Positions 48,797 to 61,211 of a stretch of 61,211 bases of DNA are shown here, in pieces. The stretch spans positions 1 through 61,211 of the forward strand of contig CAXHJY010000241.1 in the NCBI GenBank assembly GCA_964016885.1, given 5' to 3'. The position numbers and the translations under genes were made by a program. This stretch comes from Eledone cirrhosa. Its lineage: Eukaryota. The notes under the pieces were generated by a model. The model saw only the letters and a program-made list of their open reading frames with translations. It did no database searches and was not told the origin of the DNA. How positions within the stretch are numbered: position 1 is the first letter of the stretch; each line of letters begins with the position of its first letter.

Positions 48797-49862
48797 TCAC
48801 TACAATGCACTACACCACATTACACTACATAACAGCCTGTCGCTCCCTACATTACACCATGCTACACAACACAATACTGCATTCATTACATTGCATTACA
48901 TTACACACTACATTACACTACACCACACCCCACCGCACTACACCACAATCGACCGCACTACACCACACCGCACTACACTACACCACACCACACTACACTA
49001 AACCACACCACACTACACTAAACTACACAACACCACACACTACATCACACCACACCACACTACACCACACTACACTACACCACACTACACTACACCACAC
49101 TACACTACACTACACTATACCGCACCGCACCACACCGCACCATACCGCACTACACCACACCACACTACACTACACTACACTACACTACATTACACTACAC
49201 TACACTACACCACACCACACTACACTACACTACACTAAACTACACCACACTACACTACACTACACCACACTAAACTACACACTACACTACACTACACTAC
49301 ACTACACTACACTACACCACACTACACTACACCACACTAAACTACACCACACTAAACTACACCACACTACACTACACTACACCACACTACACTACACTAC
49401 ACTACACACTACACTACACTACACACTACACTACACTACACTACAATAATTACACTACACTACACTACATCACACTACACTACACTACACTACACCACAC
49501 CACACCACACCACACCACACCACACCACACCACACTACACTACTACACTACACTACACCACAGTACACCACACCACACTACACCACAGTACACCACACCA
49601 CACTACACTACACTACACCACACCACACCACACCACACTACACTACTACACTACACCACACCACAGTACACCACACCACACCACACCACACTACACTACA
49701 CTACTACACTACACTACACCACAGTACACCACACTACACTACACTACACTACACTACACTACACCACAGTACACCACACTACACTACACTACACTACACT
49801 ACACCACACCACACCACACTACACTACACTACACTACACCACACCACACCACACTACACCAC
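48797..49862. repeat. (ACACT/ACACC)n pentanucleotide array
   Basis: Direct reading. Confidence 0.95.
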
Positions 49863-49868
49863 AGCGAG

Positions 49869-51470
49869 TGGTGGTTTGTTACTTGTGGTGGTAATGGTGG
49901 TAATGCTACTTGTGGTGGTAATGGTGGTAATGCTACTTGTAGTGGTGGTATTGGTGGTAGTGGTGGTATTGCTACTTGTGGTGGTAGTGGAGTTAGTAGT
50001 GGTGGTTGTGGTGGTATTGCTACTTGTAGTGGTGGTATTGGTGGTAGTGGTGGTATTGGGGGTAGTGGTGGTAATGCTACTTGTAGTGGTGGTATTGGTG
50101 GTAGTGGTGGTATTGCTACTTGTGGTGGTAGTGGAGTTAGTAGTGGTGGTTGTGGTGGTATTGCTACTTGTGGTGGTAGTGGAGTTAGTGGTGGTAGTGG
50201 TGGTATTGCTACTTGTGGTGGTATTGGTGGTAGTGGAGTTAGTGGTGGTAGTGGTGGTATTGCTACTTGTGGTGGTATTGGTGGTAGTGGTGGTAGTGGT
50301 GGTATTGCTACTTGTGGTGGTATTGGTGGTAGTGGTGGTATTGCTACTTGTGGTGGTAGTGGTGGTATTGCTACTTGTAGTGGTGGTAGTGGTGGTTGTG
50401 GTGGTATTGCTACTTGTGGTGGAGTTAGTGGTGGTAGTGGTGGTTGTGGTGGTATTGCTACTTGTGGTGGTAGTGGTGGTAGTGGTGGTATTGCTACTTG
50501 TGGTGGTAGTGGTGGTATTGCTACTTGTGGTGGTATTGGTGGTAGTGGTGGTATTGCTACTTGTGGTGGTAGTGGTGGTATTGCTACTTGTAGTGGTGGT
50601 AGTGGTGGTTGTGGTGGTATTGCTACTTGTGGTGGTATTGGTGGTAGTGGTGGTATTGCTACTTGTGGTGGTATTGGTGGTAGTGGTGGTATTGCTACTT
50701 GTGGTGGTAGTGGTGGTATTGCTACTTGTAGTGGAGTTAGTGGTGGTAGTGGTGGTTGTGGTGGTATTGCTACTTGTGGTGGTAGTGGTGGTATTGCTAC
50801 TTGTGGTGGTATTGGTGGTAGTGGAGTTAGTGGTGGTAGTGGTGGTATTGCTACTTGTGGTGGTATTGGTGGTAGTGGTGGTATTGCTACTTGTGGTGGT
50901 AGTGGTGGTATTGCTACTTGTAGTGGTGGTAGTGGTGGTTGTGGTGGTATTGCTACTTGTGGTGGTATTGGTGGTATTGGTGGTAGTGGTGGTAGTGGTG
51001 GTATTGCTACTTGTGGTGGTAGTGGTGGTATTGCTACTTGTAGTGGAGTTAGTGGTGGTAGTGGTGGTTGTGGTGGTATTGCTACTTGTGGTGGTAGTGG
51101 TGGTATTGCTACTTGTGGTGGTATTGGTGGTAGTGGAGTTAGTGGTGGTAGTGGTGGTATTGCTACTTGTGGTGGTATTGGTGGTAGTGGTGGTATTGCT
51201 ACTTGTGGTGGTAGTGGTGGTATTGCTACTTGTAGTGGAGTTAGTGGTGGTAGTGGTGGTTGTGGTGGTATTGCTACTTGTGGTGGTAGTGGTGGTATTG
51301 CTACTTGTGGTGGTAGTGGTGGTATTGGTGGTAGTGGTGGTGTTGCTACTTGTAGTGGTATTGGTGGTGGTAGTGGTATTGGTGGTGGTAGTGGTGGTAT
51401 TACTACTTGTAGTGGTATTGGTGGTGGTAGTGGTGGTATTGGTAGTAGAGGTATTTGTAGAGGTGTTGAT
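49869..51470. repeat. (GGT/AGT)n array punctuated by ATTGCTACTT
   Basis: Direct reading. Confidence 0.95.
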
Positions 51471-51482
51471 TATATAAGGTAC

Positions 51483-51700
51483 CAAGGACGGTGGATTTGG
51501 TGAATCATCAGAGCTGGACCAAAAGCCTTAAAGATATTAAGTCCAGCCCTCTACATTCTCATTTTACAATCTATCACCGCCAGCCTTGCCTCTTATACTT
51601 CTCAATGGACAAATAATGTACCAGTCATATGCTGGGGTTCCATGTTATTGTCTGTTTCACAGTCTCCCCACATTTGAGGTCTGTTGCCTTTGTTAGCAGA
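51483..51700 (+). mobile_element. Old, highly diverged SINE family 1-related copy
   Basis: Recognisable remnants GGTGGATTTGG...CTTGCCTCTTAT...AATAATGTACCAGTC. Confidence 0.45.
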
Positions 51701-51740
51701 TATTCTCCATCCAACTAAACCACCACCTTAGATAACTTTA

Positions 51741-52141
51741 CACTACTACTACTACTACTACTACAGCCACCGTCACCAACACCACTACTACTATCGTCAC
51801 CACCACTACTACTACTGCCACCACCACCACCTCCATCACTGCTACTATCACCACCACAACTACTAGTACTATTGCTACTACTGCCATCAGCAGCAGCACC
51901 ACCACTACTGCTACTTATACCACCACTACTGTTACTACTACCACCATTACTGTTACTACCACCACTACCACCACTACCAATACCACCACCACCAATACCA
52001 CCACCACCACCACCACTACCAATACCACAACCACCACCACTACCACCACCATTACCACTACCATCACCACTACCACCACCACTACCATTACCACCACTAC
52101 CACCACCATTATTACTACTACTACTACTACTACTACTACTA
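51741..52141. repeat. (ACC/ACT)n low complexity
   Basis: Direct reading. Confidence 0.9.
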
Positions 52142-52481
52142 GTCAAAGCTATCACGCCTTCATACATCAGCTATTTCTATTTCATAAATCTGATTGCGCC
52201 AAAAAAAAAAAAAAAAAAAAACAGCCACAAAAATTAACAATAACAATAACAACAAACAAATCATGAATTTTGTATAAATTTCCGAATGAAGAGTTTTATT
52301 CTGATCGTTTGTTTTTATCTCTCTCCCTCTCTCCCTCTCTCCCTCTCTCTCCCTCTCTCCCCCCCTCTCCCTCCCCCCTCTCTCTCTCTCTACACGCACA
52401 CACGTATATAAATAAGGATACATACTTATATAAATAGGCATGTGTATGTACATATATATATATATATATATATACATGTGC

Positions 52482-52533
<52 letters not shown>

Positions 52534-52664
52534 ATGTATGCATGTATGTGTATACACAGCAGCCTTATACACTAACCTTAACCAAAACTTTCAAACCCAC
52601 TTTCACCTTCAACGACCCACGAACTTATCAACTCCATCACCGACAAAAGACATAATATATATAT

Positions 52665-52850
52665 AATTCTTTCTACTTTTGGCACAAGGCCAGCAATTAC
52701 CCCAGTACATTACTGGTACTTTATTTTATCGACCCCGTAAGGATGAAAGGCAAAGTTAACCTCGGCGGGATTTGAACTCAGACCGTAAAGGGACGTAACT
52801 CTATGCTGCAAAGCATGGCGTCCGACCCTCTACCGATACTGCCAGTCCAC
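52665..52850 (-). mobile_element. SINE family 1
   Basis: Full reverse-complement copy. Confidence 0.9.
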
Positions 52851-52899
52851 ATAAAGTATAATTGAAATATTGAGAACATAGAAAACCATAACAGCAGCA

Positions 52900-53612
52900 T
52901 ATATACACACTTACACACACATACACATACACACATATACACATACGCACACACATACATACACACACACATATAAATCCAGACACACACACACACACAT
53001 ATAATCCGGACACACACACACACACATATAAATCCGGACACACACACACACACACATACACACGCAGACACATATACACGCACACATATACACGCACACA
53101 TATACACGCAGACACATATACACGCACACATATACACGCACACATATACACGCACACATATACACGCAGACACATATACACGCAGACACATATACACGCA
53201 GACACATACACACGCAGACACATACACACGCAGACACATACACACGCAGACACATACACACGCAGACACATACACACGCAGACACATACACACGCAGACA
53301 CATACACACGCAGACACATACACACGCAGACACATACACACGCAGACACATACACACGCAGACACATACACACGCAGACACATACACACGCAGACACATA
53401 CACACGCAGACACAAACACACGCAGACACAAACACACGCAGACACAAACACACGCAGACACAAACACACGCAGACACAAACACACGCAGACACAAACACA
53501 CGCAGACACAAACACACGCAGACACAAACACACGCAGACACAAACACACGCAGACACAAACACACGCAGACACAAACACACGCAGACACATAAACACATA
53601 AACACACACACA
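52900..53612. repeat. 14-16-bp minisatellite (CACATACACACGCAGA) with ordered variants
   Basis: Direct reading. Confidence 0.9.
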
Positions 53613-53660
53613 ATTATTTGGTAATCTTACTCCGCATGTTCTTGTTATTGCTGTTGCTGT

Positions 53661-53725
53661 GAAGGCGCGTAGCTTAGTGGTTATGGTATTCGGCTCACAA
53701 TGGTAAGGCCGTGTGCTCGAGTCCC
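53661..53725 (+). mobile_element. SINE family 2 tRNA-like head
   Basis: GAAGGCGCGTAGCTTAGTGGTTATGG...GCTCGAGTCCC. Confidence 0.6.
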
Positions 53726-53730
53726 TCTAT

Positions 53731-54140
53731 ATATAGAAATGACTTCTACAGGACTGGCCAAGTAATGTGGTGGTATTCATATAATTGTTTCTACTTTTGG
53801 CACAAGGCCAGCAATTATCCCAGCGCATTACTGGTACTTTATTTTATCGACCCCCGTAAGGATGAAAGGTAAAGTTAAACTCGACGGGATTTGAACTCAG
53901 AATGGCAAGGGCCGTAACTCTATGCGTCAAAGCATGGCGTCCGACCCTCTACCGATACTGCCAATCCACATACCACCACATTACTTGGACAGTCGTCTTC
54001 TGATGATTTCTCCCGAATGAAACAGTTCTAGTCCTGTAGAAGCCATTTCTATATTAAATATTTATACTCTATGTATTGAGTTACTTTCTTACTGTGGTAA
54101 CCCCCAGCTGAGCTCCGGCCGTTTCGACAGCGAGTTCTAC
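53731..54140 (+). mobile_element. Family-A element with HHR (about 53995-54045), inverted 5' fragment, and a SINE at the inversion axis
   Basis: CTGATGA-TTTC tccc GAAT-GAAA-CAG ttctagtc CTG-TA^GAAG; 53731-53776 is the reverse complement of 53970-54054 minus the HHR core. Confidence 0.7.
53783..53969 (-). mobile_element. SINE family 1
   Basis: Full reverse-complement copy. Confidence 0.9.
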
Positions 54141-54164
54141 TATATATATATATATACATATATA

Positions 54165-54637
54165 CAGGTATCACTTTTGAGCTGACTCTTGGGATGCTCC
54201 CATACAGCTGAGTTTTTCATCCTCAGTGTATACTGATTAATGTTCAGAGCCATCCTCAGCATTCTCGTGTAGCACCCATCCACCATCTGAGTGAGTTTCT
54301 TGGTCAGTGTCCAAGTCTCAGACCCATACAGCAGCACAGACTCCACTACAGCAATGAAGAGGCGGATCTTCAGGTCTCTACGAAGGTCCGACTTCCACAC
54401 AGAGGAGACTGAGGTTGGCTGGACATGCTCACCGACATCCAGAGTTGACATTGCACTCAGTGCTTCTTTGGGAGCCCCTACATGGACACACTAGAAGAGG
54501 AAGACCAAGGTTAACATATGTTGATGCCCTAAGGACAGACACTGGTCTGTTGGAGACGCAGGACATGGCAGCGATAATGAGGGACAGAGACCGCTGGAGA
54601 GAACTCGTCCATGGATCTTGGGAATTTTACCCGCCTT

Positions 54638-54639
<2 letters not shown>
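54165..54639. mobile_element. RTE/RTE-X LINE 3' fragment with 5' inversion
   Basis: Minus 54400-54165 VWKSDLRRDLKIRLFIAVVESVLLYGSETWTLT...; plus 54403-54639 RRLRLAGHAHRHPE...[10 protein letters not shown]...DRDRWRELV. Confidence 0.85.
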
Positions 54640-54722
<83 letters not shown>

Positions 54723-54781
54723 CATATATTTATATATACATACATATACATATTTACATATATATATGTGTATATATATAT

Positions 54782-54961
54782 GTGCTCCTTTGGGAGCCCT
54801 TACATGGACACACTAGAAGAGGAAGACCAAGGTTAACATATGTTGATGCCCTAAGGACAGACACTGGTCTGTTGGAGATGCAGGATATGGCAGCGATAAT
54901 GAGGGACAGAGACCGCTGGAGAGAACTCGTCCACGGATCTTGGGAATTTTACCCGCCTTAG
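54782..54961 (+). mobile_element. Local duplicate of the RTE 3' end
   Basis: Near-identical to 54460-54639. Confidence 0.85.
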
Positions 54962-54999
54962 ATAGATAGATAGATATACAGGTATGTGTGTGTATATAT

Positions 55000-55061
<62 letters not shown>

Positions 55062-55073
55062 ATACACGTATGT

Positions 55074-55335
55074 GTGGTGTGTTGTGTCCTTGAAGAAGAC
55101 ACTTCCTTTCCATTGCTCCAATCCACTCAACTGGCAAATACTGAATTGTACCTGTAATTCGAAAGCCCAGCCTTGTCACATTCTGTGTCCTGCTGAATCT
55201 CCCTGAGAATTACATTAAAGGTACTACACGTGTCTGGAGAATGCTCAGCCACTTGCAAATTAATTTCACGAACATTATTCCGTTCCGTTTATCCTATCAA
55301 CTGGAACACTCATCGTCGTAATCGACGGAGTGCCC
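55074..55335 (+). mobile_element. SINE family 2 body and 3' end
   Basis: TTGTGTCCTTGAAGAAGACACT...CTGAATCTCCCTGAGAATTAC...CGACGGAGTGCC. Confidence 0.7.
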
Positions 55336-56777
55336 GTTATATTATCGTTACTGTTGCTATTATTGTTGTTACTGTTGCTGTCGGATTTGTTACAAGTCTT
55401 CCCCCCCCCCCCGCACACACACACATACACACACATATTTTAACCATTTTTTGTCTTTTCTTTTTCTTCTCTTTCTTCTCTTTCTCCTTTTTCTTCTTCT
55501 TTTTCTTCTTTTTCTTCTTCTTTTCCTCCTTTTCCTCCTTTTTCTTCTTCTTTTCCCCCGTTTTCTTTTTCTCCTTTTTCTTCTTTCTTCTTCTCTCTTC
55601 CTCTCTTTCTACCTCTTCTTCATCATCATCACTCCCTTTCCCTGCCCCCTCCCCCTACATCACAACACTCTTATCTCCCACTAATACCCTACACTCACAC
55701 ATAGCTTTTTTCTTCGTTTCGTTTCGTTTTGTTGTTGTTGTGTTTTTAATCTTTCCCTATAATATATGTATCTAATTCATTATTGACACTCAGTCTAGTT
55801 TATCTGCTTCGGGTGAGAAAGCACCAAATTTGCGCACAATACAGTTGTACCTAGCAATTTTTCACACGTCATGCTTCGTTATTTATATAGTTTCAAACTC
55901 AGCATCCATTTTTTTTGTTCCTTTCTTTCCTTATTTTATTTTTTATTTTTATTGTTTTTACATTTTTTAAATTTTTTTTACCTTCATTCAAACAAAATGG
56001 TGGCTGTGTGTACCGACATCTTATTATTTAGCGTTGCTTTCATTTTGTATATTATAGTTATATATTTCTTTTTCTTTTTTTTTTCTTTGTGTGTGTTATT
56101 TTTTTTTTAGTTTTTGGTAGGGGGCGACGGTGTTGAGGGCTTACGTAGACTGGTTTACACACATGGCAAAAAAAAAAAAATTATATTCAATGTATACAAT
56201 AAAGCAATAATAGTAATAACAACAACAACAGAAATAGTAACCGTAACACCGCCATTATGTGCAATCATGCATAAATTGGTCAGAAGGAAGGGTGATTGGA
56301 GCGTGAATACATACACATGTATATATATACATATATATATATATGGTTATACATGCGCACACATATGTACGAGTATGCAAGTGTCTGTATATATATATAT
56401 GTATATATTAACATATATTTCTTTACATACATGCATACATATACACACACATACGCATACGCATGCATGCATACATACATACACACATACATATTTTATG
56501 AATAATAGAACGTGTGTGGAGTTAGGCAGAAGGGGACTGTGTTACTGAAGCGCACAGCTAGAGATCTATTTGAACGATAGATATGGTAGATATTAAGATA
56601 AGATTAATTATGTTCATGCCTTTCTTGAGTACAAACCAACAAAACACTCAGCAATTTTACAGTGCTACCACTTTCTACTCTACATCGAAATATTCCAACC
56701 TGTGGCACTTACATATCGCTTGGTAGACCGAGCCGCGGAGAGTAGAGTAATTTGGTTATGAACAAAGTGCAGTGGAA

Positions 56778-57330
56778 TACGAGGTGTCAGAAAAGAATCA
56801 GTTCTGGGGTCGCAAAACAACAGCAACAAAAATAATAATAATTCCGAATCCAAGCTAAAACCTTCAAGTTTTCCCTTTCAAAATAACCCTTCTCAAGTCT
56901 AACGCATTTTCCCATCCTTCTCTGTCACACCTGCACGCATTCCTGGAAGGATTTTCCCGGGATTCTCTCCAGCTCCGTCGTCACGGCCCTCATGATGGTT
57001 TCCATGTCCGGAAAACGTGTTCCCCCTGACTCCTCACCAGTGATGACTCTACTCTGTGATGACTCTCCCCTGCAAGCATGGGATGTCCTGACACACCTGC
57101 ATGCTCTGCTCCTTCTGGTCGTCGTTCACCATCTTCGATGCCATCTTCGCACAGATTTTCAGTATGCTCAAATCTTTTGGAGATAATCTTCCAAATGCTA
57201 TCACGGTTCATGCCCACCTCACTTACCATTAGTTGAACAGTCAACCGATGATCGCCACGCACTCCGTGCCTCACACCCTCAACGTTGGACTCAGTCCAGC
57301 TCGTTGAAGGCTTTCTGCTCTCGGGGACTG
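56778..57330 (-). mobile_element. Decayed, internally deleted mariner transposase fragment
   Basis: KPSTSWTESNVEGVRHGVRGDHRLTV... and C-terminal GTRFPDMETIMRAVTTELERIP...KCVRLEKGYFE; terminus TACGAGG. Confidence 0.8.
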
Positions 57331-57332
57331 GC

Positions 57333-57710
57333 AGTACTTAGAATGACCTAATACAGATATCACCAACAGATAACTCAGGTTATATCTGTAGATACGGAAT
57401 GGATCTACACCAGTTTCGAAGATGAATTCTCCAGTTGGTCGAAAGGTAGCAACCTGCTCCAGAGATTAACGTTAATGTGTCTAAATAATCCACTGACGCC
57501 TGATTTTCTTAGCATAATTCTCAGGGAGATTCAGCATGACAAAGTTTGTGTTAACCCTTTAGCATTTATTCTAAATATACTCTAAATTTACTATTATACT
57601 TTCTCGGTAAAGGCTGTACCTCGTAATTATCTCACATAATATCGAATCTATGAGATCTTGATATTATTTATTTTGAGAACAATACCTTAACATTAGTATG
57701 AGGGGCTGGT
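57333..57710 (-). mobile_element. Second copy of the SINE2+MITE composite (3' part, uninterrupted)
   Basis: Reverse complement aligns with 3572-3657 joined directly to 4053-4351. Confidence 0.75.
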
Positions 57711-57794
57711 TATACGTATTTATTTATATATATATATATATATACACATACATATATGTATATATATATACACACACACATATATGTATATTTA

Positions 57795-57826
<32 letters not shown>

Positions 57827-57889
57827 AACCAACACCCATAAACACGCACACAGGCACACACACAGGCACACACACAGGCACACACACAG

Positions 57890-57978
<89 letters not shown>

Positions 57979-58413
57979 GAGAGCAGATACAAGACGAAAA
58001 CACGTGTTCACTGTTCATTTGTGTGACACTGTGTCATAGGTAAATGGTAAGTGATGGAAAGAGGTGGGTTCCCTGTCTCACCAGGTGTTAAACTATCGAG
58101 TGTAGGGCGGGGCAGTGAACCGCCTCTACAACCTCTTTACTCTTGTTCTTTTCTTACATGATACCATATTATATATGTATATATATATATATATGCGCAT
58201 ATATCTATATAAATATATGAATGTAAGTATATATATATATATATATATATATGCATATAACATATATATGCGCAAATATCTATATAAATATATGAATGTA
58301 AGTATATGTATATAACATATATATATATACACACACACATAATATACGTATGTATATCTATTTATATATGTGCATGTATCGATATAAATATGAATGTATG
58401 TGTATATATACGT

Positions 58414-58484
<71 letters not shown>

Positions 58485-59154
58485 ATATATATTTATATAT
58501 GTGCATATGTCTGCATAAATATGAATTTATGTATATATATAAGCATATAAAATATATATATATACACACACAGGCACGTATATATGCATATGTATATATA
58601 TTTATATGTGCATGTATCTATGTAATTATATGACAGTCTGTATATATGTATATATATAACTATACATACACTTATATACGCATGCCATTTTTTTTCATTG
58701 GCATCTAACAACACATAGCTGCATCAGCCCCACAAGATCCCCTTGTCACACGACTCTCTGGGCCACACCTCTGATGTAATGTCCGACTGTGACTGAAGAA
58801 ACGTAATGCAATATGGCTGACTGTAACAACCACATCAAGTTCTTTACGAAAACATCAAACTCAACAATATTGCGTATACATAAACGCACGCACACACACA
58901 AGTGTGTGTGTATATATATATATATGTGTATATATAAATATACTCTCAGCGAGATCTGATTTCGGCTGTGGTCGAAAACAAAGCCAAACGCAATATCTGA
59001 GTTATGCTGGCAAGCGCTCCATGCACCAAATAAAGAGCAGAGCAATAAACATAAGTTATAAAGGCCGAACAAACTGAGATGGCGGTCAAGTAGCCATCAA
59101 CCACCTAAGCCAAAAAGACGAGGCAAGCAAAACAGGTCAAACAAAATAATTGAA

Positions 59155-59835
59155 TGTATATATATATATTATTTGTATTTATATATGTATATATATTTGT
59201 ATTTATATATGTATATATATTTGTGTTTATATATATATATTTGTGTTTATATATGTGTATATATTTGTGTTTATATATGTATATATATTTGTGTTTATAT
59301 ATGTATATATATTTGTGTTTATATATGTATATATATTTGTATTTATATATGTATATATATTTGTATTTATATATGTATATATATTTGTGTTTATATATGT
59401 ATATATATTTGTGTTTATATATGTATATATATTTGTATTTATATATGTATATATATTTGTATTTATATATGTATATATATTTGTATTTATATATGTATAT
59501 ATATTTGTATTTATATATGTATATATATTTGTATTTATATATGTATATATATTTGTATTTATATATGTATATATATTTGTATTTATATATGTATATATAT
59601 TTGTATTTATATATGTATATATATTTGTATTTATATATGTATATATATTTGTGTTTATATATTTGTAATAATATATGTATATATATTTGTATTTATATAT
59701 GTATATATATTTGTATTTATATATGTATATATATTTGTGTTTATATATGTCTATATTTATGTCTATATTTGTAATAATATATGTATATATATTTGTAATA
59801 ATATATGTATATATATATATATATGTAATAATATG

Positions 59836-59874
<39 letters not shown>

Positions 59875-59957
59875 GTAATAATATATATATATATATGTAA
59901 TAATATATATATTTGTAATAATATATGTATATATATATATATATGTAATAATATATG

Positions 59958-59996
<39 letters not shown>

Positions 59997-60161
59997 GTAA
60001 TAATATATATATATATATATGTAATAATATATATATATGTAATAATATATGTATATATATATGTAATAATATATATATATGTAATATATATATATGTAAT
60101 ATATATATATGTAATATATATATATGTAATATATATATATATGTAATATATATATATATGT

Positions 60162-60198
<37 letters not shown>

Positions 60199-60311
60199 AT
60201 AATATATATATATATATATGTAATAATATATATATATATATATATATGTAATAATATATGTATATATATGTGTATTTCTATATATATGCATATACATTTG
60301 TATTTATGTAC

Positions 60312-60370
<59 letters not shown>

Positions 60371-60600
60371 CAATAACATATCCACACCAACACACACACT
60401 TGCGTGTGTATATGTGTATGCATATATATATATATATGTATGCATATATATATATATGTATGCACATATATATATATATATATATGTATGCACATATGTG
60501 TATATGTATGTATGTATGTATATATATATGTATGCACATATGTGTATATGTATGTATGTATATATATATATATGCATGCATATATATATATGTATTTGCA
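59155..60600. repeat. AT-rich 24-bp minisatellite grading into a (TA)n/GTAATA array
   Basis: Direct reading. Confidence 0.9.
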
Positions 60601-60719
60601 TATACACAGGCACCCTCTGAAGCAAATACACATACAGAGCCTGTTTATTGGATTAAAAATATACATCTGGTGTCAGTAGACACTCACCCCATACCAACCC
60701 CTACTACACCTAACACCTA

Positions 60720-61211
60720 CCACGAACACCATCACCGCAACCACCACCACCATCACCGCAACCACAACCACCACCACCACCATCACCATTATCTCAACCA
60801 CCATCACCATTATCTCAACCACCACCACCATCACCATTATCTCAACCACCACCACCATCACCATTATTTCAACCACCACCACCACCACCATTATCTCAAC
60901 CACCACCACCACCACCACCATCATCTCAACAACCACCACCATCACCATTATCTCAACCACCACCACCATCACCATTATCTCAACCATCACCACCACCACC
61001 ACCATTATCTCAACCACCACCACCATCACCATCTCCTCAACAACCACCACCATCACCGCAACCACCACCACCATCATCTCAACCACCATCACCATTATCT
61101 CAACCACCACCACCATCACCATTATCTCAACCATCACCACCACCACCACCATTATCTCAACCACCACCACCATCACCATCTCCTCAACAACCACCACCAT
61201 CACCGCAACCA
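60720..61211. repeat. (ACC)n array with ATTATCTCA motif, runs off the window end
   Basis: Direct reading. Confidence 0.9.

Noticed and set aside
48797-49862. Telomere-like array
   Set aside because: The unit is ACACT/ACACC, not TTAGGG or a recognised telomeric repeat, and it is interstitial and degenerate.
55780-56300. 3'-UTR-like sequence with AATAAA at about 56198, suggesting another gene
   Set aside because: No associated coding exon or splice structure found; composition alone is insufficient.
58690-59150. Non-repetitive island, possible exon or enhancer
   Set aside because: No recognisable peptide or paired splice sites; cannot be supported without conservation or expression data.

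Overview
Eukaryotic, extremely microsatellite-rich DNA. The tRNA-derived SINE family points to an octopod cephalopod (inference from recalled repeat sequence). The only host protein-coding sequence I can support is the large 3' exon of an Sp5/buttonhead-class zinc-finger gene (20818-22407, +). It carries the Sp box, PWWSI motif, Btd box, three C2H2 fingers and an unusual acidic tail; its first exon was not located. The rest is simple repeat and TE debris: about 16 copies of one tRNA-SINE, a second SINE, RTE/RTE-X, Tx1/L1-like and R4/Dong-like LINE fragments, a Penelope GIY-YIG fragment, mariner relics and several MITEs. The most notable unannotated signal is a dense set of short non-coding elements, mostly inserted in (TA)n, that carry minimal type-I hammerhead ribozyme (HHR) motifs. 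About a dozen have a recognisable full core and more have only the 3' half; together they form at least 8 unrelated sequence families. Many share the layout inverted fragment + forward fragment + 70-90 nt tail. The best example (16233-17099) is a near-perfect partial tandem with a 467-nt period whose 5' end lies at the predicted self-cleavage site, i.e. a retrozyme-like or non-autonomous Penelope-type element. One intact HHR lies in sense orientation about 4.4 kb downstream of the Sp5 stop codon, possibly in its 3' UTR. All structures were read by eye; no folding or database search was run.
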